From NCBI RefSeq assembly GCF_024223415.1, contig NZ_CP100507.1: a stretch of DNA of 4,051 bases. One strand, given 5' to 3'. Position 1 is the first letter of the stretch. Every line of letters starts with the position of its first letter. The notes below the pieces were generated by a model. It saw only the letters and a program-made list of their open reading frames with translations, searched no databases and had not been told where the DNA came from. The position numbers and the translations under genes are program-made. Origin of the DNA: Escherichia coli (GTDB taxonomy: Bacteria; Pseudomonadota; Gammaproteobacteria; Enterobacterales; Enterobacteriaceae). This document shows, piece by piece, positions 1 through 3,798 of this stretch.

Positions 1-887
1 GGGCGTTAAGTGGTCGCGATTATATATCTAATGCCGCTGTTCATACTAGGAAAAGAACAGTTATATGTCTTGATATCACCAATTTTTATCCCAGCATTAG
101 TAAAAAAGATGTTTGTTCTATTTTTAAAAATTTAATGCGTTTTTCTCCTGATGTTTCTTTATGCTTAACGGAACTTGTGACGTTGAATAATAAGGTCCCT
201 CAGGGTGGGTGCTGTTCTAGTTATATTGCAAATCTTTTATTTTTTAATAGTGAGTATAATCTCTATAATAGATTGAAGTCTATGGGGCTTTCATATTCAA
301 GGCTTTTAGATGATATTACTATATCTTCTGATAAGGATCTTTCATCAGAGGAAAAAACAAAAGTAATAAAACTCGTTCACGGAATGGTGAATCAGTACAG
401 ACTTTCAATAAATGAAAGTAAGACAACGATAGAGCACTCAAAAGATTCGTCTTCTAAACTTAGTGTCACTGGGTTGTGGGTAAAGCATGGTGTTCCTAAG
501 TTAACAAAAGAAAATAGACGTTATATCAGGTACTTAGTTTATATATGTAAAAAACAAGGTGCTTATGAACGTCATACGAAAGAGTACCATGATTTATGGA
601 ATAGATGCTCTGGCAAGGTTGCTCAAATGTCGAGGCTTGGGCATGTCCAGGCGGTTGAATTGAGGGCGATTCTTTCTGAGATAATGCCAGTTTATGATGA
701 TTACAAGATATCTAAATTAAAGTTGATGGCTAAGCACTATCTAAATAAGTTTACGCCGCCTTTAACTGATGATCAGATTAGGAAAATAGATAGGATGCTC
801 TATGATTTTGATATAGTAGGGCGGACTAATAAGAATCTTGCAAAACTATATAGACGTAAGCTCGTGGCATTACTTCCAGATAGGTGA
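1..887 (+). CDS. Retron-type reverse transcriptase, 3' part (nt 1-2 complete the codon begun at 4051; 294 further codons; TGA 885-887). Whole gene 3799..4051 + 1..887 = 379 aa
   Basis: Frame 3 is open from nt 3, upstream of the track's first Met at 135. RT motifs occur in the canonical order:
- ISNAAVH (NAxxH, 30-44)
- VICLDITNFYPSI
- VPQGGCCSSYIANLLF (PQG)
- YSRLLDDITIS (catalytic box, LLDD at 303-314)
- LSINESKT
- SVTGLWV (VTG at 465-473)
NAxxH and VTG are signatures I associate specifically with retron RTs. Confidence 0.9.
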   Translation, partial: ALSGRDYISNAAVHTRKRTVICLDITNFYPSISKKDVCSIFKNLMRFSPDVSLCLTELVTLNNKVPQGGCCSSYIANLLFFNSEYNLYNRLKSMGLSYSRLLDDITISSDKDLSSEEKTKVIKLVHGMVNQYRLSINESKTTIEHSKDSSSKLSVTGLWVKHGVPKLTKENRRYIRYLVYICKKQGAYERHTKEYHDLWNRCSGKVAQMSRLGHVQAVELRAILSEIMPVYDDYKISKLKLMAKHYLNKFTPPLTDDQIRKIDRMLYDFDIVGRTNKNLAKLYRRKLVALLPDR

Positions 888-891
888 TTAT

Positions 892-1095
892 ATGGAAAAT
901 GGATTTGTTAATTTTTATGACCATGTTAAAGGGTATGGCTTTATAAGGCGTGAGCGTGGACGTGATGTTTTCTTTCGGTATGATGATTTTTTGTTTTTAG
1001 GGCATGATGTCGATATATGTAAAGGTATTTTAGTTAGGTTTAAATTAGAAAAAACAGATAAAGGGTTTAAAGCTGTAGCGATTCAAAAGGTATAA
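892..1095 (+). CDS. Cold-shock-domain (CspA-like OB-fold) protein, 67 aa, translationally coupled to the RT
   Basis: ATG at 892 lies 4 nt after the RT stop, with AGGTGA (882-887) as a Shine-Dalgarno overlapping that stop. MENGFVNFYDHVKGYGFIRRERGRDVFFRYDDF... aligns by eye to CspA ([28 protein letters not shown]). The RNP1-like KGYGFI (928-945) and RNP2-like VFFRY (967-981) motifs are retained. The track's 838 start is a TTG inside the RT gene, so I prefer 892. Confidence 0.85.
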   Translation: MENGFVNFYDHVKGYGFIRRERGRDVFFRYDDFLFLGHDVDICKGILVRFKLEKTDKGFKAVAIQKV

Positions 1096-1134
1096 CATCG
1101 TGGATGTGTCAGCTTGTTTTTATGATATGAGAAC

Positions 1135-1163
1135 TTGAGATCCTTTCTATCTCGTCGTAATCT
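1135..1163 (+). promoter_or_regulatory. RNA II (replication primer) promoter
   Basis: -35 TTGAGA (1135-1140), 17-bp spacer, -10 TAATCT (1158-1163). The hexamers and context (cttgagatcc...cgtaatct) match the ColE1/pMB1 RNA II promoter. Confidence 0.8.
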
Positions 1164-1171
1164 CTTGCTGT

Positions 1172-1205
1172 GTAAACGAAAAAACCGCCTTGCAGGGCGG
1201 TTTTT
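1172..1205 (-). terminator. RNA I terminator hairpin (also stem-loop I of RNA II on the plus strand)
   Basis: ccgcc(t)-tgca-(g)ggcgg stem at 1185-1200, flanked by an A-run (1179-1184) and a T-run (1201-1205). On the minus strand the hairpin is followed by TTTTTTCGTTT. Confidence 0.75.
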
Positions 1206-1278
1206 CGAAGGTTCTCAGAGCTACCAACTCTTTGAGCCGAGGTAACTGGCTTGGAGGAGCGCAGTCACCAAAACTTGT
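1172..1278 (-). ncRNA. RNA I antisense copy-number regulator (~107 nt)
   Basis: The minus-strand 5' end ACAAGTTTTGGTGACTGC aligns with pMB1 RNA I ACAGTATTTGGTATCTGC. The 3' end is a GC hairpin (1185-1200) followed by a T-run on the minus strand. RNA I is fully complementary to the RNA II 5' end. Confidence 0.85.
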
Positions 1279-1284
1279 TCTTTC

Positions 1285-1314
1285 AGTTTAGCCTTAACAG
1301 GCGCATGACTTCAA
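1285..1314 (-). promoter_or_regulatory. RNA I promoter
   Basis: Minus strand: -35 TTGAAG (1309-1314), 18-bp spacer, -10 TAAACT (1285-1290), start near 1278. This matches the pMB1 arrangement (ttgaag...tacact...acagt). Confidence 0.7.
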
Positions 1315-1932
1315 GGCTAACTCCTCTAATTCGGTTACCAGTGGCTGCTGCCAGTGGCGATAAGTCGTGTCTTCTCGGTTTGGATTCAAGTCGATAGTTA
1401 CCGGATAAGGCGCAGCGGTCGGACTGAACGGGGGGTTCGTGCATACAGTCCAGCTTGGAGCGAACGACCTACACCGGGCCGAGATACCAACAGCGTGAGC
1501 TATGAGAAAGCGCCACGTTTCCCGAAGGGAGAAAGGCGGACAGGTATCCGGTAAGCGGCAGGGTCGGAACAGGAGAGCGCACGAGGGAGCTTCCAGGGGG
1601 AAACGCCTGGTATCTTTATAGTCCTGTCGGGTTTCGCCACCTCTGACTTGAGCGTCGGTTTTTGTGATGCTCGTCAGGGGGGCGGAGCCTATGGAAAAAC
1701 GCCATCGGCGCGGCCTTTGTCCCTGGCTTCGGCTTTTTGCTCACATGTTCTTTCCGGCGTTATCCCCTGATTCTGTGGATAACCGTATTACCGCCTTTGA
1801 GTGAGCTGACACCGCTCGCCGCAGTCGAACGACCGAGCGTAGCGAGTCAGTGAGCGAGGAAGCGGAAGAGCGCCTTATGTGACATTTTCTCCTTACGCTC
1901 CTCTATGCCGTTCTGCATCCTGTCCGGATGCG

Positions 1933-2127
1933 TTATATCCCGGTGCGATTTTCCGCTTCAAAGCGTGTCTGTATGCTGTTCTGAAGTTCTTCCGCGAGTT
2001 CGTGCAGCTTCTCACACATGGCGGCCTGTTCGTCAGCATCAAGTGCGTCCAGTTTTTCGAGCAGCGTCAGGCTCTGGCTTTTTATGAATCCTGCCATGTT
2101 GAGTACGGTTTGCTGCTGCTTGTTCAT
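1933..2127 (-). CDS. rop: Rop/Rom, RNA I-RNA II kissing-complex modulator (64 aa)
   Basis: MNKQQQTVLNMAGFIKSQSLTLLEKLDALDADEQAAMCEKLHELAEEL... aligns by eye along its length with pBR322 Rop (MTKQEKTALNMARFIRSQTLTLLEKLNELDADEQADICESLHDHADEL...). Its position and orientation relative to the origin match pMB1. GGAG lies 11 nt upstream of the ATG. Confidence 0.93.
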   Translation of the reverse strand: MNKQQQTVLNMAGFIKSQSLTLLEKLDALDADEQAAMCEKLHELAEELQNSIQTRFEAENRTGI

Positions 2128-2410
2128 CTTTCTGTTTTCTCCGTTCTTTCTGTCATCTGCGTTGTGTGATTATATCGCGTACCACTTTTCGACTGTTTTA
2201 CCGTCGGTATTCTGCTGTCTGACTCTTTGACGGGCATTTCTGTCAGACAACACTGTCACTGCCAAAAAACTGCCGTGCCTTTGTCGGTAATTTGAGCTTG
2301 CTGACAGGACAGGATGTGCAATTGTTATACCGCGCATACATGCACGCTATTACAATTACCCTGGTCAGGGCTTTGCCCCGACACCCATGTCAGATACGGA
2401 GCCATGTTTT

Positions 2411-2734
2411 ATGACAAAACGAAGTGGAAGTAATACGCGCAGGCGGGCTATCAGTCGCCCTGTTCGTCTGACGGCAGAAGAAGACCAGGAAATCAGAAAA
2501 AGGGCTGCTGAATGCGGCAAGACCGTTTCCGGTTTTTTACGGGCGGCAGCTCTCGGTAAGAAAGTTAACTCACTGACTGATGATCGGGTACTGAAAGAAG
2601 TTATGAGACTGGGGGCGTTACAGAAAAAACTCTTTATCGACGGCAAGCGTGTCGGGGACAGGGAGTATGCGGAGGTGCTGATCGCTATTACGGAGTATCA
2701 CCGTGCCCTGTTATCCAGGCTTATGGCAGATTAG
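2411..2734 (+). CDS. mobC: MobC-family ribbon-helix-helix relaxosome accessory protein (107 aa from ATG 2411; alternative ATG 2387 gives 115 aa)
   Basis: RPVRLTAEEDQEIRKRAAECGKTVSGFLRAAALGKK has the beta-strand/helix/helix RHH layout typical of MobC/NikA-type mobilisation accessory proteins. GGAG (2398-2401) lies 9 nt before ATG 2411. There is no Shine-Dalgarno before 2387. Confidence 0.7.
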   Translation: MTKRSGSNTRRRAISRPVRLTAEEDQEIRKRAAECGKTVSGFLRAAALGKKVNSLTDDRVLKEVMRLGALQKKLFIDGKRVGDREYAEVLIAITEYHRALLSRLMAD

Positions 2735-2898
2735 CTTCCAGGGGAGAAAACTGTCGAAAACAGACGGTATGAACACTGTAAGCTCCCAAAGTGATCACCA
2801 CTCGCTTTCATGCATAGCTATGCAGCGAGCTGAAAACGATCCTGACGCATTTCCCCGGTTTTCTTAGGGTAAAACATCTCTTTTTGCAGTGTCTGTGT

Positions 2899-2923
2899 CA
2901 GAATCGCGCTGAGCGCGATTCTG
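2899..2923. repeat. Perfect 25-nt palindrome (12-bp arms, 1-nt centre) abutting the XerC arm
   Basis: CAGAATCGCGCT-G-AGCGCGATTCTG. Its reverse complement differs only at the central base. The equivalent ColE1 cer position carries a shorter, imperfect GC hairpin followed by Ts (from memory). Confidence 0.85.
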
Positions 2924-2924
2924 T

Positions 2925-2954
2925 GGTGCGTACAATTAAGGGATTATGGTAAAT
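2925..2954 (+). promoter_or_regulatory. XerC/XerD recombination core: XerC arm GGTGCGTACAA (2925-2935), 8-bp central region TTAAGGGA (2936-2943), XerD arm TTATGGTAAAT (2944-2954)
   Basis: Direct read of the sequence. It matches the ColE1 cer core and is closely related to dif (GGTGCGCATAA-TGTATA-TTATGTTAAAT). Confidence 0.9.
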
Positions 2955-2958
2955 ACAA

Positions 2959-3225
2959 TTGGTTAAATTACTATTGGTGAGAAATGAATATTTCAATAAA
3001 AACAATGACTTAAAAACCGTTGCTCGGTTTGACGGTAAAACCTTAAGAGATGCCTTTTCGAGAAAAATAGCGACTTTTGATGGCAAGGTTTTAAGGGATG
3101 CCTCTTTAAAAAAAGTAGCAACCTTTGACGGTCAGAATTTAAGAGATGCTAGTTCAAAAATTATCCTGAGTGCCGATGCTGAGGTTGGGATTGTTGTTAT
3201 GGCCTTTGTAGCTGAGTTGATTTGA
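2959..3225 (+). CDS. Hypothetical small protein with three 16-aa tandem repeats and a hydrophobic C-terminal tail (88 codons from TTG 2959; GTG 2977 is an alternative start)
   Basis: Open frame from 2959 to TGA at 3223-3225. The repeats are VARFDGKTLRDAFSRK / IATFDGKVLRDASLKK / VATFDGQNLRDASSKI. The conserved residues use different synonymous codons between copies (gac/gat/gac, ggt/ggc/ggt, aga/agg/aga, gcc/gcc/gct), which argues for selection on the protein. Against: no in-frame ATG before codon 82 and no recognisable Shine-Dalgarno. Confidence 0.55.
   Translation: MVKLLLVRNEYFNKNNDLKTVARFDGKTLRDAFSRKIATFDGKVLRDASLKKVATFDGQNLRDASSKIILSADAEVGIVVMAFVAELI
3019..3162 (+). repeat. 3 x 48-bp diverged tandem repeat (3019-3066, 3067-3114, 3115-3162), in frame with ORF 2959-3225
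   Basis: Hand alignment gives about 31/48 identical nt between copies 1 and 2. The period is a multiple of 3, and much of the variation within the conserved F-D-G-x-x-L-R-D-A core is at third codon positions. Confidence 0.85.
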
Positions 3226-3507
3226 ATCTCATGCTGCATACCTTTTAGCCTATCGCTGGCAGGATAAGGCGCTTTCTTGTTGGTGACAGAAAGATAAAAA
3301 ACTTTATAATAATCAGCGAAGCGGGCGAACCACGCCTGGCTCTCGCTCTTTAACAAATGGTTACGTGTATGTTGCGCAAGGAAACCGATGCCTTGTTTTT
3401 AAGGCGATCTCGCATGAGATCATGACCGGCCTGGCCGCTAATTAATGGTGAGAACGCCCCTGAGCGTGTATCAGCACTAAAAGAATAGCGACGATTGTCT
3501 GGCAATG

Positions 3508-3520
3508 TGAGTTAAAAGTC
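3508..3520 (+). repeat. Inverted repeat arm a1 (candidate)
   Basis: 13/13 complementarity to 3780-3792. Confidence 0.7.
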
Positions 3521-3594
3521 CCAAAGAGCCAATAGAGTTTTTCCTTGCTTTCCTACTGGTCTGGCAAAATTTCATAACCAATAGGAGTTGCATC

Positions 3595-3777
3595 ATGTTT
3601 ATTATCAACATCAACATTAACGTAACCAAGAGCTCTTCATCTTGTTCTGGAGACGGTCAGATGAAGAAAAAAAGAGAGGTTGGCTCTCTGGAGGCACTGA
3701 AAAAAACACAGTTTTTGTTTTCTATGTGCTTGATTATGTTTAAAGTAATAGATTACGTATCGAAACTTTTTAACTAA
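3595..3777 (+). CDS. Hypothetical 60-aa ORF lying entirely inside the candidate retron ncRNA (internal alternative start 3661 gives 38 aa)
   Basis: AGGAG (3583-3587) lies 7 nt before ATG 3595, and GGAGA (3649-3653) lies 7 nt before the in-frame ATG 3661. The product MFIINININVTKSSSSCSGDGQMKKKREVGSLEALKKTQFLFSMCLIMFKVIDYVSKLFN is low-complexity with no motif I recognise. It may be non-coding. Confidence 0.3.
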   Translation: MFIINININVTKSSSSCSGDGQMKKKREVGSLEALKKTQFLFSMCLIMFKVIDYVSKLFN

Positions 3778-3779
3778 TC

Positions 3780-3792
3780 GACTTTTAACTCA
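3780..3792 (+). repeat. Inverted repeat arm a2 (candidate), preceded by a degenerate tandem copy at 3765-3776 (ACTTTTTAACTA vs ACTTTTAACTCA)
   Basis: 13/13 complementarity to 3508-3520. The adjacent near-duplicate offers an alternative pairing register. Confidence 0.7.
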
Positions 3793-3798
3793 AACATC

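Larger units (their letters stand above)
1172..1710 (+). ncRNA. RNA II replication primer precursor (3' end approximate)
   Basis: The start is placed by alignment of GTAAACGAAAAAACCGCC with pMB1 GCAAACAAAAAAACCACC. The end is placed at the position aligned with the pMB1 RNA-DNA transition (ggaaaaacgccatcggcg). Both ends are inferred from homology only. Confidence 0.8.
1135..1874 (+). other. ColE1/pMB1-type replication origin region (RNA II primer promoter through the RNA-DNA transition and downstream conserved sequence)
   Basis: Collinear, high identity by eye to the reverse complement of the pBR322/pMB1 origin. Examples:
- ccagtggctgctgccagtggcgataagtcgtgtctt
- ggataaggcgcagcggtcgg
- gggggaaacgcctggtatctttatagtcctgtcgggtttcgccacctctgacttgagcgtcg
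- cctatggaaaaacgcc
- gtgagcgaggaagcggaagagcgcc
By alignment, the RNase H / DNA-start point should fall near 1702-1712. Confidence 0.93.
2740..2954 (+). other. cer: cer-type multimer resolution site (accessory sequences plus XerCD core)
   Basis: The core is identical to the ColE1 cer core as I remember it. About 185 bp of non-coding upstream sequence contains a palindromic ARG-box-like element (tgcatagctatgca region, 2811-2824), at roughly the distance upstream of the core expected for the ArgR box. A Rcd-like checkpoint RNA may be encoded here, but I cannot place its ends. Confidence 0.8.
3508..3792 (+). ncRNA. Candidate retron msr-msd non-coding RNA bounded by a1/a2 inverted repeats
   Basis: TGAGTTAAAAGTC (3508-3520) is the exact reverse complement of GACTTTTAACTCA (3780-3792). 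The distal arm ends 6 nt before the RT ATG, which is the standard retron layout.
Internal hairpins:
- 3551-3559 / 3578-3586
- 3634-3642 / 3659-3667 (9 bp)
- 3673-3678 / 3684-3689
- an imperfect A/T-rich 36-nt hairpin at 3694-3729
No promoter could be placed and the ends are unproven. Confidence 0.55.

Noticed and set aside
838-891. N-terminal extension of the cold-shock ORF given in the track (start at 838)
   Set aside because: That start is a TTG inside the RT coding region. ATG 892, with a Shine-Dalgarno overlapping the RT stop, gives a canonical 67-aa CSD protein.
1185-1205. GC hairpin plus T-run read on the plus strand as the terminator of the RT-CSD operon
   Set aside because: This is the conserved stem-loop I of RNA II, which is also the RNA I terminator on the minus strand. 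It lies downstream of the RNA II start and is not known to stop plus-strand transcription in ColE1 replicons.
1354-1554. 66-aa plus-strand ORF inside the replication origin
   Set aside because: It lies entirely within the conserved RNA II / ori sequence, which is non-coding in ColE1-type replicons. It has no ribosome-binding site, and its Arg/Gly/Ser-rich translation is typical of a random frame in GC-rich DNA.
1879-2230. Three overlapping plus-strand ORFs (1879-2169, 1905-2087, 2018-2230)
   Set aside because: All are antisense or shadow frames of the clearly recognisable rop gene (1933-2127, minus strand). Their translations are low-complexity Cys/Ser/Phe-rich strings.
2365-2646. 93-aa minus-strand ORF
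   Set aside because: It is antisense to the mobC-like gene, whose RHH motif identifies the plus frame as the real one.
2769-2867. 32-aa ORF (MNTVSSQSDHHSLSCIAMQRAENDPDAFPRFS) after mobC, considered as a possible relaxase remnant
   Set aside because: It does not resemble relaxase N-termini (no HxH/Tyr motifs). It sits in what aligns as cer accessory sequence, including the ARG-box-like palindrome.
2898-3086. 62-aa minus-strand ORF
   Set aside because: It crosses the XerCD core and the cer palindrome, and it is antisense to the repeat ORF. The repeat ORF shows synonymous-site variation supporting the plus frame.
3019-3162. The 48-bp tandem repeats read as a CRISPR array, iterons or another DNA-level binding array
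   Set aside because: The units are contiguous with no spacers. The replicon is ColE1-type, which is RNA-primed and has no iterons. The copies are only about 65% identical, with much of the variation within the conserved core at third codon positions of one open frame.
3132-3356. 74-aa minus-strand ORF called as a gene
   Set aside because: It has a TTG start, no Shine-Dalgarno, and overlaps the plus-strand repeat ORF by 94 nt. I kept it only as a possible gene remnant (see the finding on 3226-3490).
3446-3483. Possible Tn3-family terminal inverted repeat or other transposon end near the GC-rich island boundary
   Set aside because: There is no match to the GGGG...ACGNTAAG-type ends I can recall. 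There is also no partner repeat and no target-site duplication anywhere in the circle.
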